A stretch of 64,000 nt of DNA from Candidatus Altarchaeum sp. (GTDB taxonomy: Archaea; Altiarchaeota; Altiarchaeia; Altiarchaeales; Altiarchaeaceae): assembly GCA_018260615.1 (NCBI GenBank), contig JAGWDQ010000044.1, positions 1-64,000 of the forward strand. The letters are read 5' to 3'. Shown in pieces: positions 9,078-19,425 of this stretch. The notes under the pieces are model-generated. The model searched no databases. It saw only the letters and a list, made by a program, of their open reading frames with translations, and was not told the origin of the DNA. Numbering within the stretch: position 1 is the stretch's first letter; every line of letters starts with the position of its first letter. Made by a program: the position numbers and the translations under genes.

Positions 9078-10583
9078 ATGAGTGGAAAAAATTTGTTAAA
9101 AGGGTATGAATTATTGGGGATTGCAGCAGTCGGAGCAATTTTAATTTTGAGTGTGCTAATAAGCGGGTGTGTAGATTCAGGCGGAAAACTTGTAAAAGAG
9201 GGAGATAATATAAAGATAAATATTACTGAAAATAACATAACAAAGACGATTTTTATAGAAAATATATCTGCTCAGGGAATGACTTATCCTTTTGAAAAGG
9301 ATTTGATTGGAACGAAAGTCGGGGAAAAGAAAAACATAAATTATGAAGAGATGGTTTCTGTAAAATTAAGTCAGGAACCAAAAGCAAATACAGAATATAG
9401 TTTTAGGGGACAAACAATAAAAATATTCAATGTTAATGATACAGATTTCCAGATGGGACAACATCCATTAACAGGAGAAACATTAAAATTTCATGTAACA
9501 ATAAAAAATATAAGCAATCAAAAGAAATCAGCAGTAGAGTGCTTAGCAAAATATAATGTAACACCGGATACGGTTGTATTTTATCATACTGACTGGTGTC
9601 CGCATTGTCAAAAGATGAAGCCGTGGGTTCAAAATTTAACTGATAGTGGATATAAATTTTTTTCAGTTGAAGCTGAAAAAGAGCCAGATAAAGTAAAAAT
9701 TGTAGCAGAATGTGCATCTAATGTGATAAATTCGGGTGGTGGAATTCCACAATTCGGATGTGTTGCAAATGGACAAAGTCACAGTGGTGAATTTATGAGC
9801 ATTGATGATATGAAAAATTTTGCAGATGAATGCAGTAAATCAGCGGCAGAATTAACAAACAAAAACAAAACAGCAAACATTGTTGAAAACGGGGTTTTTG
9901 TTGAGGTTGCATACATAGGAAAATTAACCAACGGAACAAAATTTGATAACGGAACCGTAAAATTTACCGTTGGTAGCGGACAAATGATAAAAGGATTTGA
10001 CAAAGGTGTTATCGGAATGAAAACAGGTGAAAGCAAGGACATGGTTATTCCTCCTGAAGAAGGATACGGACTTCCGAAAGCAGTTCCAAAACTAATTCCA
10101 CAAGAAATAGATGTAGGTGCATTCAAAACAACATTCAACAATGAAGAGCCGGTAAAAGGCAAAGAATATATAAATTTAAATAGTTTGCCATGGCCTGCAA
10201 AAGTCATAGATATTAAAGTTATATCTCATAATTATACAATTGAAGTTTTAGATGCAGGAAATTTATCTTATTCCTGTCTTGAAGGATACGGGATTGATAA
10301 AGGAGCGGTTGTATTTTATCATACTGACTGGTGTCCGCATTGTCAAAAGATGAAGCCGTGGGTTCAAAATTTAACTGATAGTGGATATAAATTTTTTTCA
10401 GTTGAAGCTGAAAAAGAGCCAGATAAAGTAAAAATTGTAGCAGAATGTGCATCTAATGTGATAAATTCGGGTGGTGGAATTCCACAATTCGGATGTGTTG
10501 CAAATGGACAAAGTCACAGTGGTGAATTTATGAGCATTGATGATATGAAAAATTTTGCAGACGAATGTAATAAATCAGCGTAA
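9078..10583 (+). CDS. Exported FKBP-type PPIase fused to two thioredoxin-like (WCPHC) domains
   Basis: Signal ending ISGC; FKBP motif V.Y.GKL.NGT.FD...GQMIKGFD.G; two WCPHC domains. Confidence 0.85.
   Translation: MSGKNLLKGYELLGIAAVGAILILSVLISGCVDSGGKLVKEGDNIKINITENNITKTIFIENISAQGMTYPFEKDLIGTKVGEKKNINYEEMVSVKLSQEPKANTEYSFRGQTIKIFNVNDTDFQMGQHPLTGETLKFHVTIKNISNQKKSAVECLAKYNVTPDTVVFYHTDWCPHCQKMKPWVQNLTDSGYKFFSVEAEKEPDKVKIVAECASNVINSGGGIPQFGCVANGQSHSGEFMSIDDMKNFADECSKSAAELTNKNKTANIVENGVFVEVAYIGKLTNGTKFDNGTVKFTVGSGQMIKGFDKGVIGMKTGESKDMVIPPEEGYGLPKAVPKLIPQEIDVGAFKTTFNNEEPVKGKEYINLNSLPWPAKVIDIKVISHNYTIEVLDAGNLSYSCLEGYGIDKGAVVFYHTDWCPHCQKMKPWVQNLTDSGYKFFSVEAEKEPDKVKIVAECASNVINSGGGIPQFGCVANGQSHSGEFMSIDDMKNFADECNKSA
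9571..10561 (+). repeat. 256-bp intragenic duplication (9571-9826 / 10306-10561)
   Basis: Identical by eye, offset 735 bp. Confidence 0.9.
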
Positions 10584-10632
10584 AACGCACAAATATAGCA
10601 AATATAAAAATATTATTAAATTAAATTTTAAA

Positions 10633-10992
10633 ATGGAAATGCAGGACGAAGTCAGGGATAAGATAATGCAGTATCAGCAGATGCAGGAAGGTCTGCAGTA
10701 TTTTATGATTCAGGAACAGCAACTGAAGTCAAAAATAAGTGAGAGCGAAGAGGCATTAAAAAAGATAGAAAATTACAATGAAGGAAAAATTTATGCTATT
10801 GTAGGAAGGATTATGGTTGAAACGAAGAAGGATGAAACAATTGCAAAACTGAAAGAAGACAAGGACATAGCAGAGGTTCGGCTGAAGTCAATGGAAAGAC
10901 AAGAGGCAAAACTGAAAGAAGGAATAACAAAATTAGGTACCGAATTACAGACATTTTTACAGCAGGCACAACCAACTCAGGGAGGAAATTAG
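10633..10992 (+). CDS. pfdB: Prefoldin subunit beta
   Basis: Coiled coils flanking KIYAIVGRIMVE beta-hairpin; start at ATG 10633. Confidence 0.9.
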   Translation: MEMQDEVRDKIMQYQQMQEGLQYFMIQEQQLKSKISESEEALKKIENYNEGKIYAIVGRIMVETKKDETIAKLKEDKDIAEVRLKSMERQEAKLKEGITKLGTELQTFLQQAQPTQGGN

Positions 10993-11058
10993 AAATTTAG
11001 GACGGGAAAAATAAATTTATAATCTGATAACGATTTAAAATATCTAAAATGATGAAAG

Positions 11059-12246
11059 GTGCAAGACCATAATTATACAAAACAAAATAAGGACGTATTT
11101 GTAAGCTGTAGTTTTGATTTGGAAGATAAAAAAGTGGTTGATTTGTTCATTAATAGTTTGAAGAGTTCTTTTAATGTAATAAAGGCGGAATGTCCGGAAG
11201 CAAAGGAGTTAAAAGAAAAAATTATTCCGAAAATAAGCAACAGCCCTGTATTTTGTGTGATTTTGACCAAAAAGTACAAAGCTACTGACAGGAAAGGCAA
11301 TAATATAAACATTTCTTCTCCGTGGATATATAGTGAGATAGGTGCAGCTATCTCTCTTAGTAAAGAAAATATGATAATATTCGTTGAAGAGGGTATAAAA
11401 GACTTTGGAATGTTATCACAAAGCTATAATTATGTCTCTTTTAACAGGCAGAAAATAGAATCTAACGATAAAAAATATACAAAAAAGTTACTGAAAGACA
11501 TAAAGAATTATGCAAACAGTATTTATAAAAATTCCGATTTAGAAGAGCGAGAACAGTATAAAGTTACAACCGGAGCAGGACATATAACTATTTACAAAGA
11601 TGGACACGGGATAGAAGATTTTAATATAACTATTAATGTCCTTTCAGATAGTTTTAATAGGAAAAAAATCGGCTTTTCTTTAGATGCATGCGCATTTAAA
11701 GATATAACTCTAAAGAATTTTCCCTTAGAAATCTCAAAAGATGCAGATAAAAAAAGATTTAGTGGAAAAACATTTTATGCAAGAGTTTTATCTCCTAATA
11801 ATATCTCTATTGATAGGTATGAAATAATAAAAGAAGAAACAAAAGATGATTCTATTGGACTTTATTTGTATTTTAAAACTAATACTGGAACAATACCTAA
11901 AGGAACAAAAATAAGATATGCGTGGGAGTGGAGTTGTGATGGAATGTATCCATTCAAAAAAGAACAGTTGAAAAATGCAAGTTTAAAAAAGCGTTTAGAT
12001 TGTGCAGAGTGTACATTTGAATTGCTTACTGATTATGACAATTTTGATGTTGTTGTAAATTTTGAAATTGGATATCAGCTTGAAAAATGCCCTTTTATTG
12101 AAATTTATGATGGTGCAACAGATGAGAAAGTAGATACTATCGAATCACCAGAAAAAGAAGAGGATCTTAATTACACAAGGTATAAATTTAGGTTAGGTCA
12201 TATAAAAGCAAATCGTAAGTGTGTAGTTAAGTGGATTCCTCAATAA
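11059..12246 (+). CDS. TIR-like/Ndt-fold domain fused to unknown C-terminal domain
   Basis: VFVSCSF, FCVILTK, SPWIYSEIGAA (conserved Glu) patterns. Confidence 0.6.
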   Translation: MQDHNYTKQNKDVFVSCSFDLEDKKVVDLFINSLKSSFNVIKAECPEAKELKEKIIPKISNSPVFCVILTKKYKATDRKGNNINISSPWIYSEIGAAISLSKENMIIFVEEGIKDFGMLSQSYNYVSFNRQKIESNDKKYTKKLLKDIKNYANSIYKNSDLEEREQYKVTTGAGHITIYKDGHGIEDFNITINVLSDSFNRKKIGFSLDACAFKDITLKNFPLEISKDADKKRFSGKTFYARVLSPNNISIDRYEIIKEETKDDSIGLYLYFKTNTGTIPKGTKIRYAWEWSCDGMYPFKKEQLKNASLKKRLDCAECTFELLTDYDNFDVVVNFEIGYQLEKCPFIEIYDGATDEKVDTIESPEKEEDLNYTRYKFRLGHIKANRKCVVKWIPQ

Positions 12247-12279
12247 ATTTGCTATAAAATTTTTTTAATAATATTTAAA

Positions 12280-13530
12280 ATGTCTCAAACAATTTCGGAA
12301 AAAATTTTCTCGGCACACACGGGAAAAAGTGTAGAACCGGGCGAGATAGTTGAAGCGGAAGTTGATTATGTAATGGTAAATGATGTTACCGGACTTCCGG
12401 CATTTGAAGCATACAAAAATTTCAATGTTGAGCCGATAACTGATAAGGTTGTTCTGATTCCCGACCATTATGTTCCGAATAAAGATGTGCCTTCTGCAAT
12501 GCAAGCCAAGGCAATGAGGGAATTTGCAAAAAAGCATCGTATTAAGAATTATTACGAAATTGGAAGAAGCGGGGTCTGTCATCAGCTCATGATTGAAAAG
12601 GGTTTTGTCGCTCCGGGAAGATTAATTGTCGGAGCGGATTCACATACCTGCACTTACGGAGCATTAGGTTGTTTTTCAACGGGTATTGGTTCTACAGAAG
12701 CAGCAAGTGCTATGGCAACGGGAAAATTATGGTTTAAGGTTCCCGAAACGCAAAAATTTGTGATTAATGGACAACTAAAAAATTTTGTCGGCGGCAAGGA
12801 TGTGATATTAAGTATTATTAGAGACATTGGCGTTGACGGTGCATTGTATAAGACGATGGAATTTTATGGAGAAACAGTAAATATTATGCCTCTCGCAGAT
12901 CGTCTCACGATTTCAAACATGGCAATTGAGGCAGGAGGAAAGGCAGGAATTTTTCCGGCGGATGAAAAGGTTTCTGAATATTTGAAAGGAAGAGTTATGG
13001 GAAATTATAAGCCGGTTCAGAGTGATGAAGATGCAAATTATTGCGAGACCTTTAATTATGATGCTGGCAAGATTGACTGCATGGTTGCGATGCCGCATTT
13101 ACCTTCAAATGTCAGGACGGCATCCGAATTAAGTGATATTATAATTGACCAGGCATATTTGGGAAGTTGCACAAACGGGCGGATTGAGGATTTACGGATT
13201 GCAGCAAAAATTTTAAAAGGAAGGAAAGTGAATGAAAATATCAGAATGCTCGTTGTTCCGGCATCAACAGAAATTTACACACAGGCAATGAATGAAGGGC
13301 TTTTTGAAATTTTTATTAATGCGGGAGCATATATTTCAGGACCTACCTGCGGAGCATGTCTCGGCGGATATATGGGAGTTTTAGCGAGCAAAGAAAGATG
13401 CATTTCTACAACAAACAGAAATTTTATCGGGAGGATGGGAGCAAAGGACAGCGAGGTCTATTTAGCAAATCCTGCGGTTGTTGCTGCAAGTGCTATAACC
13501 GGAAGAATTACAGACCCTGATGAAATTTAG
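12280..13530 (+). CDS. leuC: 3-isopropylmalate dehydratase/homoaconitase large subunit
   Basis: GADSHTCTYGA, GSCTNGR, CGACLGG motifs. Confidence 0.9.
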   Translation: MSQTISEKIFSAHTGKSVEPGEIVEAEVDYVMVNDVTGLPAFEAYKNFNVEPITDKVVLIPDHYVPNKDVPSAMQAKAMREFAKKHRIKNYYEIGRSGVCHQLMIEKGFVAPGRLIVGADSHTCTYGALGCFSTGIGSTEAASAMATGKLWFKVPETQKFVINGQLKNFVGGKDVILSIIRDIGVDGALYKTMEFYGETVNIMPLADRLTISNMAIEAGGKAGIFPADEKVSEYLKGRVMGNYKPVQSDEDANYCETFNYDAGKIDCMVAMPHLPSNVRTASELSDIIIDQAYLGSCTNGRIEDLRIAAKILKGRKVNENIRMLVVPASTEIYTQAMNEGLFEIFINAGAYISGPTCGACLGGYMGVLASKERCISTTNRNFIGRMGAKDSEVYLANPAVVAASAITGRITDPDEI

Positions 13531-13780
13531 CACGGGAAATTTTTCCATAATAAAATTTCATCGCAATCAATATCAAATTCAGTAAAATCCCAACAGCATT
13601 TGCCAAAATTATAACTATGTCATTTCTGAAAAACCCGTAAATTATCCATAAAAACATCCCCGAACTTAGAAGTCCCATCATAAGATAAGACAAATCATCT
13701 AATCGTTTTGTTTTCCAGCCCTTATAAATCTGTGGGATAAAGCCCGCCAGCACTATTGCCCCCGCAGTTATGCCCAACAT
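13508..13780 (-). CDS. SemiSWEET/PQ-loop transporter
   Basis: FIPQIYK, LWIIYG, ANAVG; three TM segments. Confidence 0.85.
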   Translation of the reverse strand: MLGITAGAIVLAGFIPQIYKGWKTKRLDDLSYLMMGLLSSGMFLWIIYGFFRNDIVIILANAVGILLNLILIAMKFYYGKISRAKFHQGL

Positions 13781-13875
13781 TGAAACAGAATCTATATTTT
13801 ATTTCTTTATAAATTTTATTTTATTTCTTTATAAATTTAGTTATAAATTTAGTTTGTGCAAAAAATTTAACAAAA

Positions 13876-15093
13876 ATGCAGCATAAGTATAAAAGGGTCT
13901 TGCAGGAGGAAAATCCGGAATTGTATGATGCAATTATGAAAGAGCGTGAAAACAGGGAAAATTTACTTTCGTTATTCGCAACAAAAAACAGTGACGGAAT
14001 AAGAAGGGAGGAAAAATTTACAGAAGACATTCGGACAAAATTTTCAAGGGATGCGGACAGAATCATCCATTCAAAAGCATACAGCAGATATATTGACAAA
14101 ACACAAGTATTCTTTCTTGTTGATAATGACCACATAACACACAGGGTCTTGCATGTCCAGCTCGTATCAAAGATCGCCCGCACAATCGGAAGGTCTTTAC
14201 GGCTGAATGAGGACTTAATTGAGGCGATTGCCATGGGTCATGACATCGGACATCCGCCTTTCGGGCATCTGGGGGAAGAAATTTTGTCGGGTTTATGCAA
14301 AGAGTATAAGATTGGAAGATTTTTACATAATGTTGAAGGGGTGAAATTTTTAGATGATATTGAAAACTGTAATTTAACCTTGCAGGTTCTTGACGGAATT
14401 CTGTGTCATAACGGCGAAATTTTTGAAAGGAGTTTAAGACCTGACAGAAACAAGAACTGGGAAATTTTTGATAAAGAAGCAGGGGAAATTTTAAAAGGCA
14501 GAATAAATTATGCACCTGTGACGCTTGAAGGGTGCGTAGTGAGAATGGCTGATATTATTGCCTATCTCGGAAGGGATATTCAGGATGCAATCGGAATCGG
14601 ATTAATAAACAGAGACGATTTAAATTTAATATCCGGTGAATGCACGGGAAAAATCGGTACTGAAAACGCCGACATAATTAATAACCTCATAATTGACATA
14701 ATTGAGAACAGTTTTGATAAAGAAGACGAAATTTCTTATTCGGGGGAAATTTATGAGTGCCTGAAAAAATATAAAAATTTTAACTATGAGAAAATTTATA
14801 ATAATCCGAAGCGGCTGGGAGAGAAAAGCAAGGTTGAGAGCATGTATGCAACATTATTTGGGAAATTTTTAAATGACTTAGAGCATGAAAATAAGGACTC
14901 TAAAATTTATAATCATTTTGTTGAAATGAACGGAATAAACAGGGAATATGTTAAGGAATCTTCTTATGCAGAAATTGTCAGGGATTATATTGCGGGAATG
15001 ACCGACAGATATTTTGAAGAGATGTTTAAGGATGTTGTGTTACCAAAAAGAGTAAAGACATTTAAGGAAGAAAGGAAAAAAGAAGATATTTAA
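13876..15093 (+). CDS. HD-domain dGTP triphosphohydrolase-like protein
   Basis: RDADRIIHSKAYSR, HDIGHPPFGH, DYIAGMTD motifs. Confidence 0.9.
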   Translation: MQHKYKRVLQEENPELYDAIMKERENRENLLSLFATKNSDGIRREEKFTEDIRTKFSRDADRIIHSKAYSRYIDKTQVFFLVDNDHITHRVLHVQLVSKIARTIGRSLRLNEDLIEAIAMGHDIGHPPFGHLGEEILSGLCKEYKIGRFLHNVEGVKFLDDIENCNLTLQVLDGILCHNGEIFERSLRPDRNKNWEIFDKEAGEILKGRINYAPVTLEGCVVRMADIIAYLGRDIQDAIGIGLINRDDLNLISGECTGKIGTENADIINNLIIDIIENSFDKEDEISYSGEIYECLKKYKNFNYEKIYNNPKRLGEKSKVESMYATLFGKFLNDLEHENKDSKIYNHFVEMNGINREYVKESSYAEIVRDYIAGMTDRYFEEMFKDVVLPKRVKTFKEERKKEDI

Positions 15094-15159
15094 TGGGTAA
15101 GGTAAATTTAAATCATTTAACTATTAAACTAAATGGCTCTTATTTTAATTTTTACTGAT

Positions 15160-15345
15160 TTCAGAACTTGCTTCTGAAATCTTTGAATGAAAAGAGGTGT
15201 GAAATCTTTGAATGAAAAGAGGTGATTTTAAAATTCCAAAAATTTTAAAATCTCCGAACAAAGAGAGGTTATTTTAAAAACACAAAGTTTTGAAAATCTC
15301 CGAGCGAAGCGATGTGATAAAATTTTGGAAAAATCTGAAAAATCC
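15160..15345. repeat. Family A repeats (reverse orientation), including a 25-bp tandem duplication 15175-15224
   Basis: AAAATCTCCGAGCGAAGCGATGTGA; TGAAATCTTTGAATGAAAAGAGGTG twice. Confidence 0.85.
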
Positions 15346-15497
15346 TGAAATATTGCAAATTATTCTAATCATCAAAAACGAGTATAAGAACAAATAAATT
15401 TAATTTTTATTCTTTTCTTATTTTCTTAATTAATCTTATTCTTAATTATATATCAATATTTATAATTTAAATCAATAATTTATTAAAATCAAATAAA

Positions 15498-15896
15498 ATG
15501 ACTGACAATCTAACGGCATACATAGGAATTGTTATCATAGCAGTTGTCGGAATTGCTGTTGCCTTGCTTACGATGGAGGTTATATGGAAATTTTTAAGAG
15601 TTAAAGATAAAGATAAAGACAAAAATTTAAACGCAAATTCCGGGAAATATGATACCTACGAATGCGGAGAAATCGCAGTTGGGAATCCGAAATTTTCAAA
15701 TGTGTCTTTTAAGTATTATATTTATGCTTTAATGTTTGTTGTATTTGATATTGAAGCGGTATTTTTATTTCCCTGGGCAGTTGAATTCACAAATTTGGGA
15801 CTTTTGGGATATGCCGAAGCGATGCTGTTTATTGCTTTAATTTTGGTTGCATTAATATATGCTATAAATAAAAATTTCCTTAAATGGACTGATTAA
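15498..15896 (+). CDS. nuoA: Complex I-like subunit A
   Basis: YECG, FVVFDIEAVFLFPWA. Confidence 0.95.
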   Translation: MTDNLTAYIGIVIIAVVGIAVALLTMEVIWKFLRVKDKDKDKNLNANSGKYDTYECGEIAVGNPKFSNVSFKYYIYALMFVVFDIEAVFLFPWAVEFTNLGLLGYAEAMLFIALILVALIYAINKNFLKWTD

Positions 15897-16045
15897 AATT
15901 TGAGATTAAATTTAAATCTTTGAGATGGATAAATTAAATGTGCTTCAGAACCTTTTTCTTTTAGAAAAAGAAAAAGCATTCAGGAAAAAGAAAAAAGTAA
16001 ACCTTGGAAAAATTTAAAAATTTTAGAAAATTTAAAAATTTTGAG

Positions 16046-16582
16046 ATGGATAAATTAAATGAGGGTAAATTAAATGTTTCATTCGGAAAAACAGAAAAGG
16101 TCTTTGGATTTGTTGATAAAATTTTGAGCTGGGGACGACTAAACTCCGTATGGCCTTTAACATTCGGATTAGCATGCTGTGCAATAGAAATGATGGCAAC
16201 CGCAGGTGCAAATAATGATATTGCAAGATTTGGAATGGAGGTATTCAGACCATCTCCGAGACAGGCGGATTTAATGTTCGTTGCGGGAACAGTAACTCAT
16301 AAAATGGCTCCGAGAGTTAAGCGGCTTTATGAACAAATGCCTTCTCCGAAATATGTCATTGCTATGGGGGCATGTGCGACAAGCGGAGGTCCTTTTTTAC
16401 ATTCTTATGCGGTTGTTAAAGGTGTTGATAAAATTATTCCCGTTGATGTTTATGTTCCCGGATGTCCTCCGAAACCGGAGGCATTACTTGACGGAATAAT
16501 AAAATTAAGGGAGAAAATCGCACAGGAAAAACTGCTGACTGAAAATATTAAAGGAATATTGAGTAAGAACAAGAAAAAGTAA
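16046..16582 (+). CDS. nuoB: Complex I-like subunit B
   Basis: [22 protein letters not shown]; likely start ATG 16046. Confidence 0.95.
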   Translation: MDKLNEGKLNVSFGKTEKVFGFVDKILSWGRLNSVWPLTFGLACCAIEMMATAGANNDIARFGMEVFRPSPRQADLMFVAGTVTHKMAPRVKRLYEQMPSPKYVIAMGACATSGGPFLHSYAVVKGVDKIIPVDVYVPGCPPKPEALLDGIIKLREKIAQEKLLTENIKGILSKNKKK

Positions 16583-16618
16583 GAATATAAGCGAGAAAAG
16601 AAAATAAAACAAGAAAAG

Positions 16619-17138
16619 ATGAAAGAAATCCAAAAAACAGAACCTGAAGGATACGAACAACTGCTCAATGATATAAGATCCATTCTGCAGAGGAATCTCA
16701 CTAAAGCATATAAAGCAGTAGATAATATTAGAGTACAAACATACTGGCAGATTGGGGAGAGGGTTGTCAGGGAGGAAATAAACCGGAAGAGGGCGGGCTA
16801 TGGAGAGGAAGTCATTAAGAGATTGGCAATTGACCTGAAGATTAATGAAAGAACGTTGTATAGGATTCTAAGGTTCTACAATACATATCCGATTTTGACA
16901 ACAGTATTGTCAGAATTGACATGGTCACATTACCTGGTGCTAACGAATGTCAATGACAATAACCAGAGGAAAACTTATCGTATGCAAGAGTCATGATAAG
17001 GTTGATGTTTATTACAGTGCGGGAAAAGATAGAGATGATATTTTCGTTACAGAATACAAAACAAAGTTACCAAGTGAACAGGAAATAGAATCTATATTAA
17101 AGAAACAAAGTAATATATCAGAAAGTGAAGATATATAA
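16619..17138 (+). pseudogene. YhcG/DUF1016 gene, internally deleted and frameshifted
   Basis: YWQIGERVV, LTWSHYLVL N-domain (16619-16996) and IFVTEYKTKLPSE C-tail in another frame. Confidence 0.8.
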
Positions 17139-17175
17139 ATCCATATAGAAGTAAACAGGTAAAAACTAAAATTCA

Positions 17176-17265
17176 AGAAATTATTGGAAAGTGTTAAAAA
17201 ACAGATTAAAAAAAGAATGAAGTGAAACCGTTACAAAATGTAACGGTTTGAAAATGACTGCCGAA
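17176..17265 (+). pseudogene. BRO-N family remnant
   Basis: RNYWKVLKNRLKKE*SETVTKCNGLKMTAE with in-frame TGA at 17218. Confidence 0.7.
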
Positions 17266-17301
17266 TACCAAAAACATGTTTTAGGTATTTCAACTAAATT
17301 T

Positions 17302-17403
17302 GTAACTACTCACGGGTTAACAAAATTTACCTGTGAAAATTTCAAAAAAATACAAAAAATCAAAAAATTTACCAGTAATTTTTTATGGCGGGTGAGTAGT
17401 TAC
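17302..17403. mobile_element. IS66-like MITE (102 bp)
   Basis: Perfect 12-bp TIR GTAACTACTCAC; perfect 8-bp TSD CTAAATTT (17294-17301, 17404-17411). Confidence 0.9.
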
Positions 17404-17439
17404 CTAAATTTAATTCGTTTATAATAATGTAAAAATAAA

Positions 17440-19386
17440 ATGGATGAAATTTTTAACGAAATAAAGGATAAATTTAATGCCCTTGTTGAAGAGGATGGGA
17501 CATTAAAATACATAGTAGTAAATGCAGAAAATTTACAGACAATTGCAAAATTTTTAAAAGAAAAGGGCTATGAACACTTGTCTTTTGTAACCGCAATTGA
17601 CAGACAGAATGAATTAGAGGCAGTTTATTTGCTCCATTCTTATGCTAATAAGGACTCAATTGCATTGAAGGTCAAATTGGGAAATTCGGAGGGCAGCATA
17701 AAAGAAAAGACAGAAATTTTAATTTCTCCGGCAGAGCTCGTTGCCGAAGGAATTAAACAACATGAATTATGTATCGGATGCGGATTATGCAACAAGGTTT
17801 GTGTTCAGAGCGTTGATATCAAAGCGATTATTTTCGCATTAAAACAGAATAAAGAAATAAAAGCAGAACAAATTTCCAATTGTGCAAAGTGCGGATTATG
17901 TGAGCCGAAATGTCCGAAGAAGATAAAAATTATGGAAATTTTTGAGGCGATAAATAAGATAAAAGACAGAAAAGCAGAGGCGGTAAAAGATGTTGTAAAA
18001 GATACTGAAAAAGCAAAAATATCAGCTCAAAATTTTGTCATTCCGAGTTTGACAGAAATTTTTAATTCAGCCGACTGGCACGAGCGGGAAACCTATGATA
18101 TGTTCGGAATAAAATTTGACGGACATAAAAATTTAAAACGACTCTTACTTCCCGCACAATTTGAAGGCCATCCTCTCCGTAAGTCATATCCTCTCGGTAA
18201 AGAGCAGGAAATTTCTTTGGATAGCGACTTTGAAGCGACAAAAGACGAATTAAGTGTTGAAGAATTTATCAAAAACCACCATTATGAAACACAGATTATG
18301 GAATTAAATGTAGGTCCCCACCACCCTTCAACACACGGCGTCTTACGACTGAAAATGTTGATTGACGGCGAAAAGATGCTCAAAATTTACCCCGTAATAG
18401 GATATTTACACAGGGGCATTGAAAAAATATGTGAAAATTTAAACTACAATCATATTGTTCCTTATATGGATCGTTTAGATTATGTTGCCTCAATGCTCAA
18501 CGAATTTCCTTATGTCCTGGCAATGGAAAATTTAATGAATATTCAGGTTCCGGAAAGGGCACAGCTCATAAGGGTCATCGTCAGCGAACTTAATCGTATA
18601 GCAAGTCATATAATGTGGTTCACAACATATCTTATGGATTTAGGGGCAACAACACCTTTCTTTTACGGATTCAGGGAAAGGGAGCAAATTCTGGAAATTT
18701 TTGAGGATTTAAGCAGGGCGAGAATGACATTTAATTATATGTGTGTCGGAGGAGTTAAAAAGGACATCACTCCGGAAATCGCCGGCAAAATTTATAAATT
18801 TACTGCTCAAATGCCCGCACATATCATGGAATATTATGATTTAATTAACGGGAATGAAATTTTTCTCGGAAGGGTAAAAGGCATCGGGAAATTAACAAAA
18901 GAGGATGCAATAAATTTCGGAGTTACCGGACCCATGCTCAGGGCAAGCGGTGTTGATTATGATATAAGAAGAGATGAGCCGTATTCAATGTATGATAAGT
19001 TTAAATTTAATGTTCCTGTATCTAATGACGGAGACAATTTTGCGAGGTATATCGTCAGGATGAAGGAAATGGAGGAAAGCGTAAAAATCGTTGAGCAGGC
19101 GACACAATTGCTGAATTCGGCAAAAGAAGGAGAAATAATGGCTAAAGTTCCGAAGTTAATCACGCCGCCAAAAGGAAGTGTTTATGCAAAAATTGAGCAT
19201 GCAAAGGGAGAGATGGGAATTTTTATTGTCAGTGACGGAAGGCAGAAACCGTATCGCTTTAAAATTCGTTCGCCTGCATTTTCAAATTTATGTGCTTTGC
19301 CGAAGATGTGTGAAAATAACTATGTTGCGGATGTCGTTGCTATAAGCGGAACAATTGATCCGGTAATGGGGTGTGTGGACAGGTAA
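17440..19386 (+). CDS. nuoCD: Fused NuoC-NuoD with inserted 2[4Fe-4S] domain
   Basis: [34 protein letters not shown]; extra CxxCxxCxxxC pair in NuoC. Confidence 0.9.
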   Translation: MDEIFNEIKDKFNALVEEDGTLKYIVVNAENLQTIAKFLKEKGYEHLSFVTAIDRQNELEAVYLLHSYANKDSIALKVKLGNSEGSIKEKTEILISPAELVAEGIKQHELCIGCGLCNKVCVQSVDIKAIIFALKQNKEIKAEQISNCAKCGLCEPKCPKKIKIMEIFEAINKIKDRKAEAVKDVVKDTEKAKISAQNFVIPSLTEIFNSADWHERETYDMFGIKFDGHKNLKRLLLPAQFEGHPLRKSYPLGKEQEISLDSDFEATKDELSVEEFIKNHHYETQIMELNVGPHHPSTHGVLRLKMLIDGEKMLKIYPVIGYLHRGIEKICENLNYNHIVPYMDRLDYVASMLNEFPYVLAMENLMNIQVPERAQLIRVIVSELNRIASHIMWFTTYLMDLGATTPFFYGFREREQILEIFEDLSRARMTFNYMCVGGVKKDITPEIAGKIYKFTAQMPAHIMEYYDLINGNEIFLGRVKGIGKLTKEDAINFGVTGPMLRASGVDYDIRRDEPYSMYDKFKFNVPVSNDGDNFARYIVRMKEMEESVKIVEQATQLLNSAKEGEIMAKVPKLITPPKGSVYAKIEHAKGEMGIFIVSDGRQKPYRFKIRSPAFSNLCALPKMCENNYVADVVAISGTIDPVMGCVDR

Positions 19387-19425
19387 ATTTAAATCTTAAA
19401 AATATTCATTTCAATTTTATACAAC

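Noticed and set aside
17440-19386. NuoD as a [NiFe]-hydrogenase large subunit
   Set aside because: Lacks both complete CxxC nickel-binding motifs
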